The position numbers were made by a program, and so were the translations under genes. The notes beneath the pieces are model-generated. The model searched no databases, was not told the origin of the DNA, and worked only from the letters and a program-made list of their open reading frames with translations. Positions 1-9,935 of a stretch of DNA of 64,000 nt are shown here, in pieces; position 1 is the first letter of the stretch, and each line of letters begins with the position of its first letter. The stretch comes from an uncultured Gammaproteobacteria bacterium (lineage in GTDB: Bacteria; Patescibacteriota; Patescibacteriia; UBA11705; JABHMO01): NCBI GenBank assembly GCA_964565345.1, contig CAZMEQ010000005.1, forward strand, positions 275-64,274. The letters run 5' to 3'.

Positions 1-172
1 AAACTGGCAACAGTAAAGCGTTCCTGAACAAAACAACAAGGAAGTTATTATGGCACTATTAAGGTACAAGGAAACAAAACCAGGCAAAACCGCTTCCAAT
101 ATTAATAAAGTAAAATTCAGAACAAGTAATGTTTTAAATAATTCCTGATTAATTATTTTTATCAATAACATA

Positions 173-721
173 TTATCTATACAAATCAAATGACATTTTT
201 TTGATAATTACTTTTTTATCTAAATCTTTTACACCTGGAGCGCTGATAATGAAATTTATCTTCCGCATTTTTACGTATGCAGCCTCTAGTGGGAATGAAT
301 ACTCCGCAATCTGCCAATTATTTTCTTGATATATATCTGTTGGTTCTTTTAGCATATAATTCCAACCTTCACTCGTTTGCATCCCCATTTTAATTTGTAT
401 TTCCTGATCTCCTTGAAAATAAAGAGAAATTTTTACCAAATCAAAGTTACGAGTCATTAAAAGATCAAAATACAAAGGGTCTTCGTACATGGTTTGCACA
501 CACTCTTTATTCTGGCAGATTACTGGGGTGACCCTGGTATTTGGATTTAGGTTCGATATGTATTTATTTTTCGATAAGTTAAATTCAATATGTTGACTTC
601 CTAATGGAGAAAAATTTTGCCAAAGTAAAAAAAGAATAATAGCCGCAGCTAAGGACCAGAGCGAATATCTAATTACAAAAATTTGTTTAGTTGGATTCAT
701 GGATTTGGTATATTTTTTCAC
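173..721 (-). CDS. Hypothetical membrane-anchored protein
   Basis: 182-aa ORF, one N-terminal hydrophobic helix, overlaps the end of the upstream GT-C gene. Confidence 0.7.
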   Translation of the reverse strand: MKKYTKSMNPTKQIFVIRYSLWSLAAAIILFLLWQNFSPLGSQHIEFNLSKNKYISNLNPNTRVTPVICQNKECVQTMYEDPLYFDLLMTRNFDLVKISLYFQGDQEIQIKMGMQTSEGWNYMLKEPTDIYQENNWQIAEYSFPLEAAYVKMRKINFIISAPGVKDLDKKVIIKKMSFDLYR

Positions 722-2318
722 CCTTATATACTTCGTCTACATAGTTTACCTGAAGCTTATAGCCAGACAATTTTTGTTGTAAGGTTTCAATATCAGCGGG
801 GGAGTCGGCACTATAATAAAAAACAGGCTTTAGTTTAACTAGTTTAGCTACCTCAGCATAAGCATCCCCGCCATAAATGCGTTTGTCGCCTAACGAATGA
901 ATCACTAAACGTTCCGGAAAAAAAATGCGATCGGCCCAATCGGGAATTATTATGATGCTGTCAGCAGGAGTTACTTTGCTGATCTTCTCTATACGTGGCT
1001 GAAAATCTTGAATATCCTGAGCAATTTTTAAAAAGCCTTCTTGTCTATTAAAAAAAACACTATTAGTTGAAAACACTATAAGAAAAACAAGAAAAATTGT
1101 AGCGGGGATAAAAGACAGTCTTTTGGATTTAATAAGTAATCTTGGTAACAGCTCAATAAGACTATAGGCCAAAAAAGGAGTTAAAAAGATAAAAATTGGT
1201 AACCAGTAACGCAAGTGTGGCGAGCCAATTAATATTGTGGGGTCACTCGGTTGTCCATACTCTCCCCAAGGCCAATATGACCCGTAACTAATAGTTAAGT
1301 AAACAGAAATAATGGCAGTAGCCAACATGTAAAATTTTTTAGCTTGTGATTCAATAATTGTGCGCATTGAAATAAAGCCCCAGATAGCCGGGAATAATAA
1401 AAACCACAAGTATTTTACAAAGTATTCCCAGACATGAAAAAGTATATTTTTAAGATTAAAACCAAGCGGAAAAACTACTTGCATTAGCAATGACTTTGTC
1501 GGCTGATTAGCGGCGCTATCGAGTGAAGCGTATCCGGACGTAAAAATATGTCCATATGTTTCAAAGTTAATTAAAAGAAGTAATCCCAGCATGGCAACAA
1601 AACCAATGCTAAACGTTAAAAATTGCCCCCAACTGATACTTTTACGATTAACAATACAAAAGATTAACAAGAGCAGGCAGACCCAAAAAAATTCCGAAGT
1701 TCTAACCCAAAGACTAGCCCCAAAGCACAGGGCCGAGACAACGTAAAGTGATATTAATTGTTTTTTATTGGCCCAGAGAAGCAAGAGCAATCCTAAAATC
1801 AAAAAAAGAATAAATAAGTTATTGTGTAGCATACTCTTGCCTGCCAGATACCAAAAAATCGGATTAAACAGAACGAGTAGACTTGACAGCAAAGCAATAC
1901 TTTTATTAAACAACTCTTTAATAAGAATAAACAAAAGATAAACGGTCACAAGTGAAAATAACGGTGTCAAAAAAATTATGCTACCCACACCCAATAATTT
2001 CCCAATTAATCCAAAGAGCAAGGGTAATCCCAAAAAACTCATCGGCACAAAATTACCACTCAAAACATTAACACTGCGTGGAAATATAACATTTTTAACC
2101 TCCTTATTTAATGGCACCTCAACAAGTAAGCTAGAATTCGTAATAAAGCTTTTTGTGAAAATAAAGTTAGCCGTCTCGTCGGGCGAGTAGAACTTGCAGC
2201 CAGCCTTGAAGGCAAGAAACGAATAGGGGATAGCCATTGCTAAAATAAAAAAAATCAGCAGCTTGTTTTGCCAATTCACCGATATAAAATTAATAAGACG
2301 TTTTAACGCTCTAGACAT
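687..2318 (-). CDS. GT-C fold integral membrane glycosyltransferase (PMT/ArnT-like)
   Basis: Many TM helices, SPDE acidic motif after TM1, later RT-E and RYWLP motifs; paralogous to 2367..4043. Confidence 0.75.
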   Translation of the reverse strand: MSRALKRLINFISVNWQNKLLIFFILAMAIPYSFLAFKAGCKFYSPDETANFIFTKSFITNSSLLVEVPLNKEVKNVIFPRSVNVLSGNFVPMSFLGLPLLFGLIGKLLGVGSIIFLTPLFSLVTVYLLFILIKELFNKSIALLSSLLVLFNPIFWYLAGKSMLHNNLFILFLILGLLLLLWANKKQLISLYVVSALCFGASLWVRTSEFFWVCLLLLIFCIVNRKSISWGQFLTFSIGFVAMLGLLLLINFETYGHIFTSGYASLDSAANQPTKSLLMQVVFPLGFNLKNILFHVWEYFVKYLWFLLFPAIWGFISMRTIIESQAKKFYMLATAIISVYLTISYGSYWPWGEYGQPSDPTILIGSPHLRYWLPIFIFLTPFLAYSLIELLPRLLIKSKRLSFIPATIFLVFLIVFSTNSVFFNRQEGFLKIAQDIQDFQPRIEKISKVTPADSIIIIPDWADRIFFPERLVIHSLGDKRIYGGDAYAEVAKLVKLKPVFYYSADSPADIETLQQKLSGYKLQVNYVDEVYKGEKIYQIHESN

Positions 2319-2328
2319 GCCTCTATTA

Positions 2329-2357
2329 TTGCGAATTTAGCTAAATTTGTCTATACT
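2329..2357 (+). promoter_or_regulatory. Putative sigma70 promoter with palindrome in spacer
   Basis: TTGCGA-N17-TATACT; perfect palindrome AATTTAGCTAAATT at 2334..2347. Confidence 0.45.
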
Positions 2358-2366
2358 AATAATGTT

Positions 2367-4043
2367 ATGTGGAAAAAATATCGAACATCCATAATGTTGG
2401 CAAGTGCGATAGTTGCTATTGTTATATTGGCCTTATTATATTCATGGTTTAATTGGTCTGTTTTAACACCGCTTTCGCATCAGTATTCATACCAATATAT
2501 TTTTAATTGGCCAGATGCTATGGCTAATTATTTTTTTATCGAAAACTTTGACTCGACCGGTTCTTTTTCTCTAAATGAACCCCTAAACAATGTTTTAAAC
2601 GATATAGTGCGACCGCGTAGCACTAATATATTTGATCATAATATAGTTCCAGCGGGCTTTCTCGGTTTTATCATCCTCTATGGTTGGCTAGGCAAACTAC
2701 TCCCAAATTTTACAATCATCTATTTAACCTCACTAATCGCTGCTGGTGGAATTTATATTTTTTATTTTATTATCAAAAATATTTTCAATAAAAGGATAGC
2801 TCTTATCAGCGCTTTAATTACTGCAACTCTGCCAGCTTACATATTTTTTGCCAATCAAACACTTTTAGCCACCATTCCTTTTTTGGTGTCTTTTTTATCT
2901 GGTTTTGCCTTATGGATCAAATCAGCCAGTTGTCAAACAAAAGAAAAATTTTTGCTAATCGGTGGTTCAGGCCTCATGTTTGGTATAGCTGTAATTATTA
3001 GATATCAGGAAATCACTTGGATTTTAGGCTCAATTTTAATCATTGCTCTTTTTAAACGAAAAAAGATTAGCTATAAACAAATATTATGGTTTAGTTTTGG
3101 TTTTATTGTCCCAGTATTATTAATATTTTTTTACAACAAACAAATATACGGGCACATATTTACGGTCGGCTATTTACGCATGAATAATTTAGATGCTCCA
3201 ATCACCGAGAGATTACCTGGAGAAATAATATCAGGGGCAGGGAATAACATTTTAAATTATCTTAAATTAATATTTATCCCATTTGGGTTTTCGGCAGCAA
3301 ACATTTATCACAATTTTGTTCGTTACATTTGGCAACCATATAGTTATTTAATCGTATTCATAATTTTAGGCGCTATGCTTTGGATAAAAAATTGTACCAA
3401 AGCGTCAATTAATCAATTAATATACTTGATAACCTCGTGTTTCCTAAGCATAATTTTATGCATATATTATGGTAGTTGGATTTTTGTTGACAAGATGGTC
3501 CTCCAAAATAATGTTCTAAGTAGCTCTTACACCCGCTATTGGCTACTAATTATTATTGTTTTTATTCCTTTGGCCGCCTATACTTTCAACTTTTTACTTG
3601 AAAAGAGAAATAAATTTACCAAGTATAATTACTTTATAGTTTTTATTACAATCCCAATTTTAGTCTATCTTTCCTTAATTCAAGCTTTTTACGCTCCCGA
3701 AGATGGACTTCTTGCTCAAAAGCAAGCAACATTAGAATATTATGTTCGCGCTGATAAAGTTAGGGCCTTAATTGACATTAACTCCGTACTTATTGTAGAA
3801 CGTGAGGATAAACTTTTTTTTCCTTACTACAAGGTCATTACCTTCGAACAAAATTATAAAATATTTGAAAAACTATCTTCTACTATTGAGAATCAATCCA
3901 TCTATTACCTTAGCGTTGCAACAGACAATGATATTGATTTCGTAAACACTAACAAGCTTAAAGAATACAAGTTAACTTTATCTTTGGAAAAAAACATTGA
4001 TGACAAATTTAGGTTATTTAAGTTGAAAAAAATTGGGGATTAA
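2367..4043 (+). CDS. GT-C fold integral membrane glycosyltransferase (PMT/ArnT-like)
   Basis: Many TM helices; WPDAMAN, PRSTN and RYWL match motifs of the divergent paralog. Confidence 0.75.
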   Translation: MWKKYRTSIMLASAIVAIVILALLYSWFNWSVLTPLSHQYSYQYIFNWPDAMANYFFIENFDSTGSFSLNEPLNNVLNDIVRPRSTNIFDHNIVPAGFLGFIILYGWLGKLLPNFTIIYLTSLIAAGGIYIFYFIIKNIFNKRIALISALITATLPAYIFFANQTLLATIPFLVSFLSGFALWIKSASCQTKEKFLLIGGSGLMFGIAVIIRYQEITWILGSILIIALFKRKKISYKQILWFSFGFIVPVLLIFFYNKQIYGHIFTVGYLRMNNLDAPITERLPGEIISGAGNNILNYLKLIFIPFGFSAANIYHNFVRYIWQPYSYLIVFIILGAMLWIKNCTKASINQLIYLITSCFLSIILCIYYGSWIFVDKMVLQNNVLSSSYTRYWLLIIIVFIPLAAYTFNFLLEKRNKFTKYNYFIVFITIPILVYLSLIQAFYAPEDGLLAQKQATLEYYVRADKVRALIDINSVLIVEREDKLFFPYYKVITFEQNYKIFEKLSSTIENQSIYYLSVATDNDIDFVNTNKLKEYKLTLSLEKNIDDKFRLFKLKKIGD

Positions 4044-4103
4044 TATTTGCAAAATTAGCAAAAAATTGCTATCTTTAGCATATAAAAACATAAATTTATA
4101 ATT

Positions 4104-5108
4104 ATGAGCGAAAACAAAAACGTTTTAGTAATTGGTGGTGCTGGTTTTATTGGTTCTCTATTATGCGAACGACTAGTGTCAAAATGCAACGTAATTTGTT
4201 TGGATAATTTCTCAAGCAGTGCCGAAAAAAACATTAACCATTTACTTCGCTTGCCGAGATTTGAATTTATTAATCATGATATTTCAACGCCAATTGATCT
4301 TGAAAAAGTCTCCGATTTAACAAAATTCAAAATAAACGTATTTGGCATTTCGGAAATTTATAATTTGGCTTGTCCAACATCTGTTAAAAATTTTGAAAAA
4401 CTTCGTATTAAAACGGTAGAAGCTAGCACTAAGGGCTTGATAAATGCCTTAGAATTAGCCTTAAAATACAAAGCCAAGTTTATGCAATTCTCGTCTTCAG
4501 TTGTTTACGGAGAAACGCCTCGTGACGAATTTATAACAGAAGATTATCGTGGCGTTTACGACATGATGGACCCTCGCGCCTGTTATGACGAAGGTAAACG
4601 CTATGGAGAGTCAGTTGTTGATACTTACCGCCTCGTTCACGGTTTAGATACAAAAATTGTGCGTATCTTTAGAACCTATGGACCAAGAATGCTCCTTGAT
4701 GATGGCCAAATGATGCCCGACTTTATATTAGCGGCGCTTGAAAATAAAGATTTAATTATTTATGGGCACGAAGACTTTAGAACTTCTCTTTGCTATGTCA
4801 GCGATGTTGTGGAGGGCTGTATCAAAATTATGGATTCAAATATAAATCAGCCCGTTAATTTAGGAAACACAGAAGTTTTTAAACTTGCTGACGTAGCCCA
4901 AAAAATAATCGAATTAACCGGATCAACAGGTAAAGTACGTTTCGAAACCGCAAAATTATTTATGCGGGAATTAGCCTTACCAGATATTACCTTTGCCAAG
5001 GATAATTTTGGTTGGTTCCCAATTGTTACCCCAGAAGAAGGGTTACAAAAAACCATCGATTTTACCCGGGCACACAAAGATCTGCTGTCGTTCAGTACAG
5101 AAGTTTAA
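4104..5108 (+). CDS. UDP-glucuronate decarboxylase-like NAD-dependent epimerase/dehydratase
   Basis: GGAGFIG, NLACPTS, CYDEGKR (YxxxK), RIFRTYGPRM. Confidence 0.85.
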   Translation: MSENKNVLVIGGAGFIGSLLCERLVSKCNVICLDNFSSSAEKNINHLLRLPRFEFINHDISTPIDLEKVSDLTKFKINVFGISEIYNLACPTSVKNFEKLRIKTVEASTKGLINALELALKYKAKFMQFSSSVVYGETPRDEFITEDYRGVYDMMDPRACYDEGKRYGESVVDTYRLVHGLDTKIVRIFRTYGPRMLLDDGQMMPDFILAALENKDLIIYGHEDFRTSLCYVSDVVEGCIKIMDSNINQPVNLGNTEVFKLADVAQKIIELTGSTGKVRFETAKLFMRELALPDITFAKDNFGWFPIVTPEEGLQKTIDFTRAHKDLLSFSTEV

Positions 5109-5170
5109 TTTTTTTGTAAATCAATTTTTATATATAATTTACTCTGTGGGAGGCAGGAGTATATTTTGTT

Positions 5171-5833
5171 ATGAATATAAGCATAGTTGTTCCAGCATAT
5201 AATGAGGGAGAACGTCTAAAAAAGACACTGGCTGATTTGGCCGCCACTGGCCTTAACATTATTGTTGTTAATGACGGCTCCACAGACAATACAGACGAAA
5301 TTGCCCAAGAATATCCAATCCATTATATTTCCCACCCTGTTAACTGCGGCCAGGGTGCAGCCCTAAAAACAGGTACCGAATATGCCACTCAACTCGGAAG
5401 CGATATTATTGCTCATTTTGATGCAGACGGCCAACATCGAATCGAAGATTTATTAAAGCTTATCGACACCCTTAAGGAAGATAAATTTGATATTGTTTTA
5501 GGTTCAAGATTTATTGAAAAAAACACCGAATTTCCTATGTCAAAAAAAGTGATTTTAAATATAGCTAAAATTTTTACACGCACCTTAGTCGGTCTCGATT
5601 TTACAGATCCCCAAAGCGGATTGCGTGCCTTTAAGACCAAAATTCTGGAACAACTCGACTGGCATAAAACTGATTTTTTGCATTGCACAGAAATATTATC
5701 GCTGATTGCTAAAAATAAACTCCGACACAAAGAAATTCCCATAATTGTAAAATATGACAATGGACTTAAAAAAGAAGTCCATCCAAAAGTTAGTATGGGC
5801 TTTAGAATTTTATTTCATAAACTAATGGATTAG
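5171..5833 (+). CDS. GT2 glycosyltransferase, DPM1-like (polyprenol-phosphate sugar synthase)
   Basis: VVPAYNE, NDGSTD, FDADGQH, DPQSGLR. Confidence 0.85.
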   Translation: MNISIVVPAYNEGERLKKTLADLAATGLNIIVVNDGSTDNTDEIAQEYPIHYISHPVNCGQGAALKTGTEYATQLGSDIIAHFDADGQHRIEDLLKLIDTLKEDKFDIVLGSRFIEKNTEFPMSKKVILNIAKIFTRTLVGLDFTDPQSGLRAFKTKILEQLDWHKTDFLHCTEILSLIAKNKLRHKEIPIIVKYDNGLKKEVHPKVSMGFRILFHKLMD

Positions 5834-5834
5834 T

Positions 5835-6170
5835 ATGACTCTTTTTCAGATTTTAATAGTTCTATTCATTGCTACGGTATTGTACAAAGCCATTAAGCGT
5901 TTTGCCAAAAAAGAAATTTCTCTCTGGCTTTTAGTCTTATGGGGTATTTTTTGGATCGGTCTTGGAATCATTGCGCTTTTTCCAATAATAATAGAGCAGT
6001 TGGCCCTGTTGGTGGGCGTGGGACGAGGTGTTGACTTGGTAATTTATTTAGCACTTTTCTCCTGTTTTTATATCTTATTCAAACTAATGATAAAACAACA
6101 AAAATTAGAAAAGGACTTTGTAACACTAGTCAGAAAGATTGCGATCGATAAAGCTAAAATCAAAAAATAG
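5835..6170 (+). CDS. DUF2304-like small membrane protein
   Basis: Three TM helices, GVGRGVD, C-terminal LVRKIAI; typical partner of DPM1-like GT2. Confidence 0.75.
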   Translation: MTLFQILIVLFIATVLYKAIKRFAKKEISLWLLVLWGIFWIGLGIIALFPIIIEQLALLVGVGRGVDLVIYLALFSCFYILFKLMIKQQKLEKDFVTLVRKIAIDKAKIKK

Positions 6171-6171
6171 T

Positions 6172-7233
6172 ATGAAAAAAGTCGGATTAGTTTTAATAAA
6201 CTATAAAGATTATGCTGAAAGGTTTTTAGCGGAATGTTGGACCGGGCTAATGTCCCAGACATACCCAAAGGAACTAACGAGTGTTTATATTGTTGATAAT
6301 GCCGCCACCGAAGAATCATTGAATTATTTAAAAAACAACTACAGCCGAGCAACAATAATAGGGCGGCCAGACGGTAATTATGCCGCAGGGAATAATGCTG
6401 GCATTGAACAAGCACGTAAAGATGGCTGTGAATACTTTGTTATAGTTAACATGGACACGGCTTTTGAACCGAACTGGCTTATCGAACTTGTAAAAGCGCT
6501 TGAATCAGACCCCAGCATTGGCATTGCGCAATCAAAAATACTACTCTACGAAAAAGACAAGCAAGGCAATCGTTTAATTAATTCCCTAGGCAATAGTTTC
6601 CATTATTTAGGCTTTGGCTATACTAATGGATATCGCCAAAAGGATTATAGTGAGTCTGTTACTATTTCAGAAATTCCAGGCTATGCTAGTGGCTGTTCTT
6701 TGATAGTAAAAAAAGAAGTACTTGACAAGATAGGCCCTTATGATGAAGAATACTACATGTATCATGATGATTTGGAGTTGTCTTGGAGAGCTAAACTGGC
6801 TGGATATAGGCTTGTTTTGGCTCACAAATCAATAATCTATCATAAGTACGAATTCAAGCGTAGCGTCAGAATGCTCTATTATCTCGAAAGGAACAGATTT
6901 TTGGCTATTTTTACATACTATGAAGTAAAAACGCTCCTATTAGTACTCCCAGCACTCCTTTTTTTAGAAGGCGGCATGTGGCTCTATGCTGGCGTAAAAG
7001 GCTGGTTTAGAACAAAGGTTAAAGTCGCATTCTACTTTTTACAACCCAAAACCTGGATCTACCTTAGTCGAGCGCGTCAAAAAGTAAAAAAAATACGCAC
7101 AGAAAAAGACAAAAAAATTATTTATACTTTCAGTGGCCAAATAAATTTTCAAGAAATAGATAATTTTTTACTCAAACATTTTGGCAATCCACTTTTAAAC
7201 GCTTATTTCAAATTAATTAAAAAGATAATATAA
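6172..7233 (+). CDS. GT2 glycosyltransferase
   Basis: IVDNA, NYAAGNN, NMD, YHDDLELSWRA; start moved to the ATG right after the upstream stop. Confidence 0.85.
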   Translation: MKKVGLVLINYKDYAERFLAECWTGLMSQTYPKELTSVYIVDNAATEESLNYLKNNYSRATIIGRPDGNYAAGNNAGIEQARKDGCEYFVIVNMDTAFEPNWLIELVKALESDPSIGIAQSKILLYEKDKQGNRLINSLGNSFHYLGFGYTNGYRQKDYSESVTISEIPGYASGCSLIVKKEVLDKIGPYDEEYYMYHDDLELSWRAKLAGYRLVLAHKSIIYHKYEFKRSVRMLYYLERNRFLAIFTYYEVKTLLLVLPALLFLEGGMWLYAGVKGWFRTKVKVAFYFLQPKTWIYLSRARQKVKKIRTEKDKKIIYTFSGQINFQEIDNFLLKHFGNPLLNAYFKLIKKII

Positions 7234-7240
7234 ACATATT

Positions 7241-7801
7241 ATGTCAAAAAAACTGATTGGAATTATGGTGGTTGTTATTCTCTTGTGTGTTTTAGGTTAT
7301 GTAAAAATAATTTATCCAAGCTCTCAAACGCAAATTAAAATGGCCATAAAAGATATGGCGGCAACACCAATAAATCAGTACTTTGATACTGTTGATAAAA
7401 AATGCGGCATTTGGTACGAGAGCAAAAATCCAAGTGCCAAGTTTACTTCAGGCAAAGATAACGGCGAAGTTATGAATTGTTTTACTGAGGCCTTTGATAA
7501 ATGCTTGAATAAAACTGTTTTAATTGTCAAAGATAATTATTCGGCCAATGAGAATAATATAATTTATGCCATGCTCCGCATTATAAAGGCAAATGATCAA
7601 AATGACTGCATAGTGCAAAATAGCTATGAAGAATATAGCTTTTCTCAGCCCCTGGAAAATCAAATACCGATCAATTATTTAAACACCTGTACCAAATTAG
7701 ACGAAACACTAGAAAAAAGCTGTCGCCCAGCATATCTCGATAGCCTAGACTTACTTCAAAACAAAACAGAATCATCCGAAATCAAAATAGAAACAAATTA
7801 A
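7241..7801 (+). CDS. Hypothetical exported Cys-containing protein
   Basis: N-terminal hydrophobic helix, several Cys in the mature part. Confidence 0.65.
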   Translation: MSKKLIGIMVVVILLCVLGYVKIIYPSSQTQIKMAIKDMAATPINQYFDTVDKKCGIWYESKNPSAKFTSGKDNGEVMNCFTEAFDKCLNKTVLIVKDNYSANENNIIYAMLRIIKANDQNDCIVQNSYEEYSFSQPLENQIPINYLNTCTKLDETLEKSCRPAYLDSLDLLQNKTESSEIKIETN

Positions 7802-8949
7802 TGACGCACCCAATAAAACTAGCGCATCTTGTTTGTGTCTTGCCGCCTTATGGTGGAGGCCTGGGCGTAGCTGCACATAATCAAGCTGAATTAATGGTTG
7901 AGGCTGGTTTTGATGTAACCGTTATTGCCCCAGAACAAAGCGAAACAAATAAAGTGACACGTAAATATAAAATTGACCCCGTCAGGTCAATTTTTCAATT
8001 AGGGCACGGTTTAATTGCACCGACGCTGTATCAAAAACTATTTAGCTACGATATAGTTCACCTACATTTCCCATTTTTTGGTGCTATTTTTCCAGCCATA
8101 AGAGCTAAAATTAAAAGAGGAGACAAACTAAAATTAGTTGTAACATATCATCAAGATTTAATTTTAGCCGGCTGGAAATCGCTTTACTATAAATTAGTTA
8201 TGTACTTTTTAACTCCGATATTACTACGTTTAGCCGATAAAATTGTTGTTTCGACTTTTGATTATGTCCGAAGCTCCTTTATCAAAAATTATTTTCAGGC
8301 TAACGAAAAAAAATTTGCGGAAATTTCATTTAGCGTTTCGGAGCAATTTACACCAAACACAAAAAATGAAAAATTGTTGCAAAAGCACAAATTAAAACCT
8401 GATGATTTTATTGTCTTATTTGTCGGGGGACTTGATTGGGCACATTATTTTAAGGGCGTCGACAATCTAATAGAGGCTTTTACACAAATTCAAGAACCTT
8501 TAATAAAAGCACTTATAGTTGGTTCTGGCAATTTAAAAAGCACTTATGAAAAGCAGGTCGAGGAAGCACGACTCGAAGAAAAAGTTCTTTTTACTGGTTA
8601 TGTACCCGACGAACTCCTACCTGAATATTATAATTTGGCTGATGTTGTAATCCTCCCTTCTGTAGAACGCAATGAAGCTTTTGGTATAGTACTAATAGAG
8701 GCCATGGCCTGTGGCAAACCAATCCTCGCATCCGATCTGCCAGGCGTTCGTACTGTTGTTGAAGATGGGGCAAATGGTTTAGTCTTACAGCCACGTAGCG
8801 TGAATGATATCATTGAAAAAATATTAATGATTTATAACAACACAACATTAAAACAAACACTTTCATTAAACGCCCAACAGACTGTGGCAAAAAAATATAG
8901 ACCTCTAATTATAAAAAATAAACTCCAAAATTTATATAACAATCTATAA
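7801..8949 (+). CDS. GT4 glycosyltransferase
   Basis: FKGVD and EAFGIVLIEAMACGKP. Confidence 0.9.
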   Translation: MTHPIKLAHLVCVLPPYGGGLGVAAHNQAELMVEAGFDVTVIAPEQSETNKVTRKYKIDPVRSIFQLGHGLIAPTLYQKLFSYDIVHLHFPFFGAIFPAIRAKIKRGDKLKLVVTYHQDLILAGWKSLYYKLVMYFLTPILLRLADKIVVSTFDYVRSSFIKNYFQANEKKFAEISFSVSEQFTPNTKNEKLLQKHKLKPDDFIVLFVGGLDWAHYFKGVDNLIEAFTQIQEPLIKALIVGSGNLKSTYEKQVEEARLEEKVLFTGYVPDELLPEYYNLADVVILPSVERNEAFGIVLIEAMACGKPILASDLPGVRTVVEDGANGLVLQPRSVNDIIEKILMIYNNTTLKQTLSLNAQQTVAKKYRPLIIKNKLQNLYNNL

Positions 8950-8953
8950 CAAT

Positions 8954-9934
8954 ATGATAAAAATGTTAACAGAATTTATCAGAAGACTCCTATACATAGT
9001 TCCTGGCTCACCCGCCAATGTCCAAATAGCGATAACAAATAAATGCAATTTTAACTGCAAGATGTGTCAACGCTTTGATTTAAAAGTCCGCTTAGGAGAT
9101 ATGACTGTGGCTGATTTTAAAAAAGTTATCAAGCATTTAGGAACAGCCAAAAACATTGTTCTAACCGGCTGGGGAGAACCCCTTTTACACCCCAACTTAA
9201 TCGAAATGATACAACTCTGTAAAGAAAAAGACTGCGATGTAAGATTTACTTCCAACGGCAATTTATTAACAGCCGAAATGGGACAAAAATTAATAGATGC
9301 CGGTTTAAATGCAATTACTTTTTCAGTTGATGCTGTTAAAAGTTCAGATGATGAATTTGGCCACCCCATACAAGAACAGTTAAATAATATTCGAAATTTT
9401 GTGAGGCTGGTCAAAAATCAAAAGGCATCAGTAGAAATATATTTTCAATCAACCTATCACAAAAACAAGGAGCAAGATTTATATGATGTTACTGAATTGG
9501 GTAAGGAAATTGGAGTCAATCGTTTGCGCTTTTCGAGACTTGACGTCCGCTTCCAAAAATTTGAACGCCCTTCTTTCAAAGACGAAAAACAATTAATAAA
9601 AAACATTGAATCAAGAGTTAAAGGGACCGGGATTGGTATTGATTTTTTACCTCACGTGGCTTCTGACGGAATTACAAAACTTGCCTTTAAACTCACCGCA
9701 CCGTTTTTACATCGTTTTGGCAAATATTGTTTACGAACCTATAACGACATTTATATTAACGAGGATGGCAAGGCAACTCCTTGTTGTGCTTTACCGAATT
9801 TAGTCATGGGTGATGCCAAAGAAGATACCCTAGACAACATTTGGAATGGCGTAAACTTCCGTCGATTTCGCAAAAAACAAAATATTGCCTGCGGCGAATG
9901 TGATGTTTTAAAAATTCGTACTTTTAATAAATAA
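8954..9934 (+). CDS. Radical SAM protein with SPASM/twitch domain
   Basis: CNFNCKMC, GWGEPLLHP, C-terminal YC...DGKATPCC...CGEC. Confidence 0.85.
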   Translation: MIKMLTEFIRRLLYIVPGSPANVQIAITNKCNFNCKMCQRFDLKVRLGDMTVADFKKVIKHLGTAKNIVLTGWGEPLLHPNLIEMIQLCKEKDCDVRFTSNGNLLTAEMGQKLIDAGLNAITFSVDAVKSSDDEFGHPIQEQLNNIRNFVRLVKNQKASVEIYFQSTYHKNKEQDLYDVTELGKEIGVNRLRFSRLDVRFQKFERPSFKDEKQLIKNIESRVKGTGIGIDFLPHVASDGITKLAFKLTAPFLHRFGKYCLRTYNDIYINEDGKATPCCALPNLVMGDAKEDTLDNIWNGVNFRRFRKKQNIACGECDVLKIRTFNK

Positions 9935-9935
9935 A

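Noticed and set aside
1-172. Possible gene end at the window start
   Set aside because: Only short frames with no recognisable motif
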